From NCBI GenBank assembly GCA_043228905.1, contig JBHGNT010000010.1, positions 14,508,001 through 14,572,000 of the forward strand: a stretch of 64,000 nucleotides of DNA, given 5' to 3'. The notes beneath the pieces are model-generated. The model made no database searches and was not told where the DNA came from. It was given only the letters and a program-made list of their open reading frames with translations. The first letter of the stretch is position 1; each line of letters starts with the position of its first letter. This stretch comes from Azolla caroliniana. Taxonomy: Eukaryota > Plantae > Polypodiophyta. Below, in pieces: positions 11,901 to 23,533 of the stretch. A program made the position numbers and the translations under genes.

Positions 11901-12828
11901 ATAAAGGGAAGCCAAAGCCAAAGCCAACTGAAAAACGGGAATGTAAAGCCAACAAGGCCAAGAAGACCAAGACACGGATGTGGTCCGGTGTTGTGAAGGG
12001 TCTGGAGATCGAGAACGAGTTGGAGGCAGCCAAATCGACAAGAGCGGGAACGAATCGAAGATAGCTGATTCGGTCAAGAGTCAAAGTGAATAAAAAACAA
12101 CTAATTCAATTGGAATGTTCGGATTCATGGGAGTCGAATCGATTGGCCAAGTGGTTGAGAGGGCAGCGGAAGTCGACACTGACACCTAGGAGCCAACAAG
12201 TCAAGAAGCGCTAGGACCACGTCAACAAGGGAGTTGACAAGGGCCAAGGGAGCAGACAAACCAACCGGGAAGGTCGAGGTGCGCGGAACCAGAGAGATCG
12301 TGGGAAGAGGAACCATACCGGATGAGGAGCATGAGCTAAGTGGGAAGACGCTAGGAGGAGGCGGAGGAAAGGACCGGCGGACACACATAGCGATCCGACC
12401 TAAAGTTGAGCTTGAGGGGGAGTGTTGAGCGGGCAAGCTCAACTTGATCCAGATCAGTATCCAGAGCGGAGAACTGGATCGGTGTTCAGATAGATCGGTA
12501 TCCGGAGCCAAGAGCCGGAACGGAGAACCGGATCATACTCCGGAATAGTGAGAACCTAGTAAGCATATTCCTTGGAGTTAGTGTCAGTCGCTCGTATGAG
12601 CATATTCAATACATGTCAATACTTTTGTTAGTCCTTTAAAGGACTTGTATAAAAAGTGTTTTGTAGGACATTTGTACATACAAAGTAATATTATTTTGAA
12701 TTGACTTTTGTTCTGCACTCTCTCTGTCTCTCTCGTGTACTCAAGTGTTCCATTAAACCTCCGTTCTATGTTTTGTTGTTATCCGGACTAACCGATTTTG
12801 TCTACGCTTTTGCACAATAGCTTTTATA
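8911..12828 (+). mobile_element. Ty1/Copia family A, 5'-truncated: integrase-RT-RNase H, PPT, 3' LTR (12423-12828)
   Basis: CEACQL..HSDVWGP; [23 protein letters not shown]; YTDADWA; KHIDMHYHF; PPT then TGTTG at 12423; many stops. Confidence 0.93.
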
Positions 12829-15517
12829 GATCCCATGTCTCGTTCTTGCATAGCGCTTGCATCTCCTTGTTCATGGCTTCGACCCATCATGTATCCTTGG
12901 TTGCCTCTAAAAAATATTCCAATTCTCGGACTTTCGCCACCTTCATCATAAAGGCATAGTGATATGCCATGTAGTCATTGTAGCCGAATTGATTGATCGG
13001 GTTTTTCTCTTGGGTGGAGAGGTGGAGTTTCTTGTTTACTATGGCATTCTTTACTCCATTCGTCAACATAATCGGAGCATCAACCTTCAAACTCACCACT
13101 GAGCGAAGTGAGTCGATTCGTTGTCATCCTGATCTTCGTACTTTGGCATTTTGGCCTTTCCTTTGTCCATCTTCGGACTCGGTCGAGATGTGCTTTGGTC
13201 CCTCAGGGGCTCTTGTGGTCCATTGAACCTAGTCATAATCAAGCTTTGTTTTATTATATGTCATGGTCGACTGTCGTCTTTGATCTCGTGGTCGGCTGAA
13301 TTCGGGTCGACTGGGGTTGGAGTTGACTCTGGTTCGTACCATGATGGCAACTCGTTGAAAACAATATCCCCACTCACTCGAACTTTTTGGGTAAATGGAT
13401 TATAACACTTGTACCCCTTTTGTTCGAGTGAGTACCCTATGAGGATACATTTCTCTAACTTGGGATCGAGCTTTTGTCGCTAATAGTTAGGAATATGTAC
13501 ATAAGCAATCAAACTGAATATCCTGACGTGGGATAAATCCGGCTTCTTCCCGAAAAACCTCTCCTGGGGTGTGACATCATGCACTCCTGATGTTGTGCAT
13601 CGACTCATGAGGTAGATGGTTGTGTTAGCCATTTTGCCCAGTACGACTTTGACATGTTTTTCTCGTTTTGCAGAACATTCATCATATACTTCGTTTCTCC
13701 TCTTTCTTTCCACAATGGATGTCTCCTACGTGTTTGATTGTATGTGTAGTATTATCACTTGTTTGTATATAACCAGAATCTTTGGTTTTTTTAGACTTTC
13801 AAACCATTTTGGATGTCCAGTCATGTGATTAGATGCATGAGAATCTACATACCACATAATATGATCGTCTTTATATTTCTATGCACTTTCAGTCATTGAT
13901 GCCATTTCATGTTGCGTCGCAAAAGCACCGTTTTTTTCACTATTTCCACTTGTTGAAGTATAGTTATTTTGTTGCCTCTTTTCTCTTTCCTCATCATTTT
14001 TCCTTTTATAACATTCAACCTATGTATGGCTTGGTTTTCCACAATACCAACAACCATCATCATTCAAATAATTTTGTTTACCTCTGCCTCGATTGCTTCC
14101 CCTACCTCTCATGCTATTTCTTCCAGTTATAGTTTGTTGTCCTCTTCCTTGATAGTTATTATTGGTTCTGGTTGAACCGAATCTACTATGGTCTCTTCCT
14201 TGACCTCTTCCAGCACTATTGTAGAGTACTTGTCCCTCAATTTTAGATTTTCCTTTCTTTGTATCCTCAACCAAATTCCTTTCTTACACTACTAGCATTG
14301 AAACCAAATCTGCAAATTTTGGGATGCTATCAGTTGTGAGAATGGACATTTTGAAGCTTTTATATTTAGGTCCTAAGCCCCTTAAACATAGTTCGATTTT
14401 ATCATCATCTTGTACCATCACATTAATAGATGCGAACGACTCACATATGCTCTTTATATTCAGAGCATACTCATTGACTGACATTTTTCCTTTTTCCAAT
14501 GTATTTAGTGATAGAAATAATGCTCGGCCACAACCGAGTCTCAACGTTCGATGGAAGGATCAAACCGAAAGCAAGTAGATAGATACACACTTACACACAA
14601 AATATGAGACAAGATAGGTATTAACGTGGAAACCCTGATCGGGAAAAACAATGGGAGTCCACAGACTCCAACTATCACTATGAGATAGGAAGGGTACAAT
14701 CGGAGACTGAGAGGCAACGACCTCGAGCTCTATCTTCACATACAGGAGGTTACAACAGAAAATACTTTCTGTTTCTCTCTCTATGTACAACAATACAACA
14801 AGTATAATGATGATCTACACAAATAACAATATCGCCCTAGTTATATTTATACTTTGGGGCTATTTACAAATATGACCTCAATAGTCGCGTCTAAACATAT
14901 TTACTATTATTTTCCTATTTGCTGGTTCATAGCGAATTCGATGGGACTCCTTTCGGATCCATCCGATCCGGTTCCTTCCTTTGTCTCGTCTGATCCGGCT
15001 CGTCCAGTTCTCATCCGGATCCTAGCGGGAGGGACCTATTTCCCAACATTTAGTTCAGTTTTCAAGTGAAGTTTTCTTGCCTTTGTATTTACTGCAAACA
15101 GTTTCACCAAACCGTCCCAAGCTTCCTTTGGGAGTAGAGCATCTTGTATATGTCCAACATCGAATATGTGATGCTAAGTGATAATCAATGCAACAATTTT
15201 CTAGCTCCATGATTCCAATATTTGTATACCCTAAATTGTGCAACAGTTGTATTCTCTTTAGGGATCTCTAGAGCCTCTTCTAGGCCTCCTTCAATGTACT
15301 CTCAATACCCTTTCCCCATCCGGAAATTTGTGATTCTGAATTTCTGCATAGGGAAATTGTTTTTTATCGAGTTTTTCTGTAACTATTTGGCTTCCATTTT
15401 TAGTGGCTATCTCTATTTTAACATCATTATTACGGCAACTAATTAGCCTAAAAGCTATTGTGAATAATCACAGTTATTGATAGTGAAAGCATTGTTTGTT
15501 GAGCTTGTTTTTCAACA
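12829..15517 (-). mobile_element. Older, internally deleted Ty1/Copia (gag, zinc knuckle, protease, integrase remnant, RT start)
   Basis: Minus ORFs SVNEYALNIKSICESFASI, CWYCGKPSH, FGKKPDLSHVRIF, YHYAFMMKV; degenerate PBS ~15411-15426; short LTR remnant ending CAACA at 15517. Confidence 0.8.
14509..15048 (-). mobile_element. Solo LTR of Copia family B
   Basis: TG...CA termini; exact 5-bp TSD TTTAG at 14504-14508 and 15049-15053; family motif CTCGGCCACAACCGAG. Confidence 0.92.
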
Positions 15518-15844
15518 TAGACCACCTACAACTAGTCGGGCGTTTTGAATATCAGGAAGTCGGGTGACTAAGGGTGTTAGAATCGGGCGACTATAGACAA
15601 CTTTTTTATTTGGTGCGTTTCTTTTAACCACATCGGACAACCGTCCGTGGTCGCGATTCCGTCGCCAAACCTCTTTATAATTTAGGTGCACAAATAGACA
15701 CGTCGGTAAGCAAGCGTGCGTAGATATATATATGCATATGTCAATGATCATATATGTATGTATATGTACATATATGAATGTGCATACATATATATACATA
15801 TAGATAGATAAAGATAGAGATCGAAGAGTTAAAAGAAGAAAACG

Positions 15845-15904
15845 ATGGAGACTCAAGAGAAGCGAGAATGCTCTTTCACAGAGTAAGTTCCTTCCTTTAA
15901 TCTC

Positions 15905-15943
<39 letters not shown>

Positions 15944-18900
15944 CTGATTTTCTCTCTGCTCCCCTCCCGTCCCTTCCCTTCCCTTCCCTTCCCATCCCTT
16001 CCCTCGGGTAAATATAGATAGATAGATAGATAGATAGATAGATGTACAACATGTGGTTTGTCTGTCTGTCTGTCTTCTCATGGCGCCTTATAATAATTAA
16101 CTTTCTTCTTTCTTGGTGGGCTCTGTTGATTGATTTGATTTGATTTGTGTTATTGCGTGGGCAGGTCGTGGATATTTTCAGTGGGGGCAGCCCTGATATC
16201 CATTCCTGTGGGGATCCGCCGCAAGTCGCTTGCACCCCTTGTCTTCTTTGGATCCACGGGATGCATGCTTGACATCATCCTCAGCGTCACTAATTGTGAG
16301 AGAGAATTCCAGCAGAAGAAACTGCAGCAGATGCAGCAGCAGCAAGACCTGTCAGATTCTCTATCAGATCCACATCCAACAACCCAATCAGGTTTTTTCT
16401 CTTTTCTTCTCTCTTACGTTCTTCCACAATGCATTGTGCCTTTTTATTTTTTATTTTTATCTTGCTTTTTCTCTGAGCTGTGCCTTCAATTCTCATCCAA
16501 TTGACAACCACAACGTTGAATCAAAGCCCATTCATGTTTCTGCTACCATCGGCAGGGCAGACTCTTGTTGTTGCATGCATGCATGCATGCTTGGTGCACC
16601 CTATACTTTTTCATCGCATATCTATCTCTACCTCATACTGTTATATAAATGTTTTCATTTACTTCAGATTTTTGAAATGGACAAACTTTGTATCATGGAT
16701 GATGGTGCTCATGTGGACTTGGGGAAGTCAGTTTGTCCCATACTTCATGCATTTTATAGTGTTTCTCTTAGGATTGAAATCTCTTCAAGAGATTTCCATA
16801 TATGCAACATATGGTGTCAAGCTCCTCAGCACTCTTTGACTTTACCATCTTTCCCAAAACCTCTAAGTTGGACAGTTCAACCATAGAGTACAGAAGTGAA
16901 AAGTCTAGATGCTTTGCATCTTCAATGGTGTGAGGAATTACCAATGCTGATCATTGAAACAGATGAAGACAAGTAAGTCGTGGGCACATGAAATAAATTT
17001 GGAGCAGGAGTTGGTGAGCCCCCAGTACCCACAATTTAACTCCTTTGTTTGATTATTGGAGAATATTCGAGAGATATGGGCCAACATAGCAAGGCCTAGC
17101 CCTAATGCTATTATATAAACTTCCCAAGAAATACAACAAATTTTCAACTTGTGGACCCCAATTGGGAAGAAACATTGTCTCAGATCTTTTTGACCAAGGG
17201 GCATTCTGATAATCAAGCGAGAGAATCTAGCACCACAGACAATGCCCTTGCCACTTTTGGCGGCACTTATGCTAGGTCAACTAAGAAGAAGATAATGACA
17301 CTCCCCACTTTTCATTTAACTTAGCATAAGATTAGGACACCCCCGCCTTTGCTTGGCTAAAATAAGATCATTCTGGCGATTAGAAGAAGAAGAATGGGGA
17401 TTGTCATTATGTTCGTAAGAACGGTCACGTCAAATTCGAATACTAGAAGAATGAGAAGGTAGGTTTAGGGAAGGGCAATGGAGACCAGAACTCAGCCACA
17501 TTTGCCATTTGATAAAATCAATCATATGGTTCTCTCTTAGTTTCTTATGCAAACCTGGCCTCAATATACCCCCAGCCTTGTGGATAGATTGTAGACAATG
17601 AATCTACTAACGGCATGATACCAATGCATGATTAATTCACCTAGTTAGACAGCATAACAATTTAATTTTTCTATTATACCATACACCATTTTTTTATATT
17701 CAGATTATTGTAAGTTTTGGTGTCGTAGGTCACTTTGCAAAGACATAAGAGTTCTTTTCATTTTATTTCTGGCATGATATTCAACACCTTTTGGATCATA
17801 CCCTCGTGCCTCCATGGTTAGATAAAATAAGGGATGATTCTTGGAATCTGTTCTCAGTTCCTAGTTGGCCTATATAGACTGTTATAAAATGAAAAAATGT
17901 TTATGAATTATGAGCCAGATAATGGATGGATACTGTTTTGTAATGATGCGTGGCATATGTAAAAATCAATGTTTTGGTCAAAACAGAGAGTGAGAGTGTG
18001 GAAGAACTCGTTGCCTCTTAAGGAGCAATCTTTCCTCTGGCAATGTCTACTTTGGATCTTGCCTTCTGGCGTGTTAAAATCAATCAATAAAAGTTTCTTC
18101 AGGCATGTGTAGGAGCATATAGACCCTTCATATTCTCAGGATATAGTCTCCATATAATACATTCCTCGTAGCAACTTAGCCACACTCTTAACAGTTATGG
18201 TTTCCTCCTCATAAGTTCCAAAAGCTCCTTGGGATCAATTCTATAGTATGAGCAGAGTCAAGGGGCACAGAGAAATACATTGTATTCCATGAACAAGCCC
18301 ATTTTAGTAAGGGGTGCAAAAACGTGTACCAAATATTAACTCTGGGGTCTCAATAGAAAAATATAAATCTTGTAAGAACAGAATTGATTACTTGTTTTTG
18401 TGCTTCTGTAAAACTTTCTACATATAACGATATGCTGGGCTCATGCAAAGGCTAGAGGTATTGCGGTCCCTCAAGACCCTGAAGACATGCAATCCAGATT
18501 TATGCATTGTGTGTGTTAGTCTAAGATGTAGTTCGTGTCCCTAATGGTATCTCTAAGAGAGTTGTCTGCTATTGGGGTGATTTATATTGATGAGGTGTCA
18601 AACTACATCAACGTATTGGGTGAACCTGGAGTGTCTCTTAAATGCTTTTCATACAAAAATACTGCTGTATAGGCAGATGATATTGTCTTAATTTCAGATT
18701 CGCCAGAGGTGCTATGGAGACATCTAGATGCTTTTGTTTACATTTTGTATAGAGAGAGTTTTGTTGGTGCATCTCATAAAACCAAGGTCATGGTGTTTAA
18801 CAGCAAGGAAGCATGGGTAAAACCAGATCAGCCTATTAATTATTGTTCAAAGGGGAAGAGATGGAAAACATACGATCATGTGTACATTAGGTGTCACATA

Positions 18901-20533
18901 TAGCTATGAGTTTGTGAGGCATTTTATTCATCTCCCTTGAGAGTATGGAGCCCTTGGTGGGTGAGATAAGGCAATTTAAGATCTTGTCACATTAGTTAGA
19001 GAATGAGATATTGCTATTGATGCAGACAACGGTATGGAGGGACAAATCTGCTGTGCGATCAGGAGGTAGAATCTTAGGAGCACTATGTTTGCATTACATT
19101 GTTCTATTTGAAATAATAAGAGATACTTGTGCCTATTTGCATAAGGCGAGGATCCAGTCTGTAGTTGTGGAATACAATGCTTGCCACTGTTCTTACTAGA
19201 AATTAAGAACCATAGGAGTTCCTGATAGACTGTCAGTCGCAAAACTGCATCAGCAAAGAATCCTCACAACCTTCTTGAGCACCATCACCCCCTCCCTCCC
19301 ATCTTGCAAATCAATCAAGGGCTAAATGAGGGTCTCAACCATAACTTTCACTATGTAAACAAAAGATTGAGCAATAGCAATGGTCGTGCACATTGCCCAC
19401 ATCCTCGTTACGTCTATTATCAATAAATCAAGGCCACGATTATTTAGAAGTTTCAGTTCATTTAAGCTAAAAACATTATGTGTTTAACTAGCAGAAGATC
19501 TGATACAGGCATTCTTACTAGCTCTCCTTGTAACAACATTTCTTGATCAGTCTCATAGGTCATTTTGGCCTTTTAAAATATGTTTATATTGATTTATTTC
19601 TTACTTTCATGTTGATCTTTGTATTCTTACTAGATGAATGATGGAATCAGATCTACCCAAGCAAATCTTTGTAGTATTTTTCTTATTTATGCCTTTTTTT
19701 GTTTTTAAACTTTGTATGAATAAACTAAGTACCATACTTATGGGCTTCACTTGGCCAGCACATAAAGCGACTGGTAGTATTTAAGTTTACTTCTTGCTTA
19801 GAGTCATGAGTACAAGTGGATAGCTTGGCTTTAGTCATGCAAGAGTATCTTGATCCAAATATGATGTTATCATGGCAGATCACTTTAGGAAATACTCCGA
19901 CTTTGAGGCCATATTGAGGTCTTTGTTGGCTGTTGGGATCTACATTTGACCATTAGATATAGGAACACATATGAACCTTAGTTTTATAAATTATGCATTA
20001 CCATGTCCTTGGAATTTAGGAGCTCATTAGTAGGGGGAAGGCACATGAACCTCAGAGCATTAACATCTGCCATTTTGCAAATCCACATATTATTTCTAAT
20101 TGTATTTTAGACCCACTTTTAAAAATTAATTAATAGAGATATTTGTTACATTATATTTTGACTCAGCCTTAAACTTTTAAGGTTTATCAATATGATATAC
20201 TTCATTAAGTTTATGTATTCATACATTATCTTTGTTATCTAAAAGAATGTTAATTTCAAGTGTCATCAATCACCTTTCTATTTTATTCACTTGTGTATCA
20301 ATACATTATCTTTTTATCCAAAATAATGTTAATGCTAAGTGTTATCAATCTGCATTCAATATTGTGTGTCTATTCATATGTATGTTGACGTATTATTCTT
20401 TTTATCCAGAACAATGTTAATGTTAATGTTAAATATCTAGTGCTAATTTTATACATATTTTTTGGCTTCATGAGTTTATTGGAAAAAATTTGCAATGTGT
20501 GTTGCAGGGCTGAAACTAGAAAATTTGAAGTGA
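15845..20533 (+). CDS. Small host protein (~96 aa) resembling a conserved uncharacterised plant family; exons 15845-15882, 16165-16391, 20508-20533
   Basis: GT-AG junctions keep frame: METQEKRECSFTESWIFSVGAALISIPVGIRRKSLAPLVFFGSTGCMLDIILSVTNCEREFQQKKLQQMQQQQDLSDSLSDPHPTTQSGLKLENLK*; core IP.GIRRKSLAPLVFFG.TG.MLDII recalled from angiosperm small proteins; last exon less certain. Confidence 0.8.
15903..16146. repeat. Microsatellite cluster in intron 1: (TCTG)n, (CCCTT)n, (GATA)n, (TTTGA)n
   Basis: Directly visible simple repeats. Confidence 0.95.
18400..19160 (+). mobile_element. Decayed LINE (RTE-like) reverse transcriptase fragment in intron 2
   Basis: ILLY/ADDIVLISDSPEVLWRHLDAF...KTKVMVF (frameshifted YADD motif at ~18660-18810); boundaries approximate. 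Confidence 0.7.
20200..20430. repeat. Degenerate ~80-87 bp tandem repeat (3 copies)
   Basis: ATTATCTTT..TATC.AAA..AATGTTAAT recurs at ~20224, ~20304, ~20391. Confidence 0.6.
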
Positions 20534-21349
20534 GTTAATTATAGGCGTGGAAATGGGCTGTGTATTAACTGACCATAGAGTATTCTTAAGATTCAAACTT
20601 GATCATTGGACCAAGGAAAAGGTGATAACCAAAAGAGCATGTACCACTGTTATGCAACATGAGAAAAACTAGGAGGGATAATATCTTCCTGGCTTCAGGC
20701 ATTTGGTCTACTTTCTTACTTGGTCATAACCACTCTTTGTTTAATCCTTGAAATATTAAAAATCTTACGTTTGACCTCTTTATGATATGATCAGATTTGG
20801 CTCAGTTTTTTGCTATTTGGTTCGGTTTCTGGTATTTGTTTGTCGGTGTTAGTGCTTACAAAAGGCTTGGTCACTTTCTCCCCCTTATGTAGTTGGATAC
20901 TACGACAATAACTATGAAATAGTAAAAGACTTTGTTCTTTTTAGCAATAGTCAATGTAGTATTGATGGAGGTGTCAAGTTGCTATTTTTCATCATCAATC
21001 ACTAATTTTTCAAAATGTATTTGGACTTACGCAACTATACTTGAGATAGAGCACTCAAACTAGCAAGTTAGTTCATTGTTTAGGGGTTGTGGCGTCTTGA
21101 ACGAAAAATAATGTCTTCAAGGTGATTTACATATGACCATTGGATATAGGGCTAATTGCGACTATACTTGTCAAATCCAACCCTGTAAATCCACAATTAT
21201 AATGTGGTGTCTTTTTGAGTTCCCATTAGAAATTTGAAACCTACTTTAGGATTGTTGATAATCTAGGGCAAATGGAAGTGTGATTGGTTTCTTTTTAATA
21301 TGCAAGCTAAGCATGGTTTTGGTTGCTTTTCAAATTTTTTATTATTCTT

Positions 21350-22440
21350 TGATTCTTTTACATGTGTGGTTGATGGGTAATGAATGGTGATGAATGGGGT
21401 TTGGAAGAGTCATAAAGTACAAAGCATGGGCCATCTATATTACCTCTCGAAAATGACGAAATTTTGAGGCTTTACAAAAATCAAATTCCCTTGGTCATCT
21501 TATCATGAAGTTCCCCATAATTTAACGTAAGAGAGAACATTATTATATAAGAAGGCAATTGTATTATGATACAGAAAATAATCAATCCTAATTGTTCAAT
21601 TCTCTTGATGAACTCTTGGAAGGTCAAGTTTGGTGGAAATGTCACTTCTTTAATGACATTATGAGTTATCCCTTGTTTCATATTGTAATAGAATCGTTTA
21701 TAGTTTTTATGTTTTTTATTGTAACTTGAAGCCCAAGGGAGATCATTTGATTTCCTTTGATATGAATTGTGTAAAACCAAACATGTTTTTTAATTGGGAT
21801 AGATTCAACTTGTTTTACTCCTTTGTAAATATATATACATATATATAGAATGGCCATATTCTTGCAATAATCATTTAGTCGCAAACAAATTTTTTTACTA
21901 CAATAATGTTGAAAGTTATTACATGGGTTAGGAACATTAGAATTTCTAGTCTAGCTAATGCCACAAATGTCTATGGAATGGTGGCCAAGTTATCACCTAA
22001 TCTAGTAACTTTCAAATTTGGAACATTAAAGTGCCACTTGGGTAGATGAAGGTTTGGTATTACTCATTAATTTCCAACATGTTTTTTGCAAAAAGAGGTA
22101 TTCTTTGTTTTCAATTATAGATCAGAAGTGTCAAAAACAATCCATTTTGCAATGGTGTTTCATTTGCTTTAGAAGAGCTTTTCTATGGGTGTTTGGTAAA
22201 TAATAAAGGTGTAGAAATATAAGTAAAAAAACAAATTCAAATAGTTTGTAGTTGTCAATGTGAGTGATGATAACATATCAAATGGATGTCAAAACACATA
22301 CACAACTATTGCTTATATCTATTGGAATCTCTCTTTTGGTAAACTATATGAGCATGTATGAACATGCCATACATTAACCAAATTTGAGAATAATGCAAAT
22401 ATATTCTTATGGGCATTCTTTGTGTAACTACGTATAATTG
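21350..22440 (-). pseudogene. Possible decayed DNA-transposon (SWIM/MULE-like) coding remnant
   Basis: Fragmentary minus peptides KKHVWFY and EVTFPPNLTFQEF loosely resemble non-seed-plant SWIM-protein C-termini; weak. Confidence 0.25.
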
Positions 22441-22448
22441 TTAAGTAT

Positions 22449-23533
22449 TGTTGAGAGACAAGCTCAACATGAGCTGAATGGCTAAATGCCGGTTGGCTGG
22501 ATTGGCTGAAGAAGCCGTCAACCGGGTCAGCCGAGAGAGGTTGACGGAGCCATTAGGGCCGAACATAGTATTAGGAATATTATGTTCAATTATTCAAGTA
22601 CTTGTCAGTACTTGTGTCAACCCATTGTTAGGGCTGGTATAAAAAGTGCTCTATGAACTTATTTGTATGTAGAGAGTATTATTTTGTAGTAGAAGTTTTT
22701 TGTTGTTTGCTCAACTTTGTCTCTGTCTCTACATTCTCTGTGTTTACCTAAATATCTGTAGGCATTGAGCTCAACCGGTTGTGTCTGTGTACTAGCTTCC
22801 GCACACTATTCTTTTCATGGTATTAGAGCGTGTGGGTTGAGAATCCTCTGCAGCTGACAAAGCGAACAAGACACAGAGACAGGCAACTTTCGTCCTCCGA
22901 AAAGTACATACAGGAACATGGATAGAGGTATAGGCAACTCACTTTCGACTGAGAAGCTCAACAGAAGCAACAACGCATCTTGGTCGTACAAGATGCACTA
23001 GTACTTGCTCGGATGCGGGTACTGGAGCTATGTCGAAGGAGCAAACAAAGTACCACTAGAGCTGACACACAGAGACTTCCTTGCCTGGGAACAAGCAACA
23101 AGTTGAGTCTTGTATTACTTGGCCTCGTGTGTTCATGACTAGATGCTTGGGTACATTGGATATGTGAAGTTGCCGAAGGATGCTTGGGGGAACCTGAAGA
23201 GGGTCTTCACCGCCGGCACCACAACCCATAAGTTGTAGCTAAGGTAAGAGCTCAACAACGTTTGATAAGGAGGTATGTTGGTCACTGACTACACCACAAT
23301 GATCAAAGAGATCTATGATGCACTCGCCTCCATTAGTGTGACGGTGGATGAAGATGAGATGATGCAAATCTGCCTTGGGGGTTAGCTCAGAAATACGGGA
23401 TGATTTAAATGGCAATCTGCATGAGAGAGAAACCTTTGTCTTTTTTCGACTTGTAGTCGATGCTCCTTGTAGAGGAGAACCACATAGTGCATCAACAAGC
23501 ACGCACGCCGACAACAAGATGCTATACACGGAG
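22449..23533 (+). mobile_element. Copia family A 5' part: LTR 22449-22817, PBS tRNA-iMet 22818-22829, decayed gag
   Basis: TGTTG...TTTTCA then TGGTATTAGAGC; gag MDRGIGNSLSTEKLNRSN.ASWSYKM. Confidence 0.9.

Noticed and set aside
16145-16886. 119-aa and 218-aa single-exon ORFs
   Set aside because: They are exon 2 plus intron read-through, or an alternative frame
16930-18360. Possible minus-strand L1 fragments in intron 2
   Set aside because: Too degraded to assign any motif by eye
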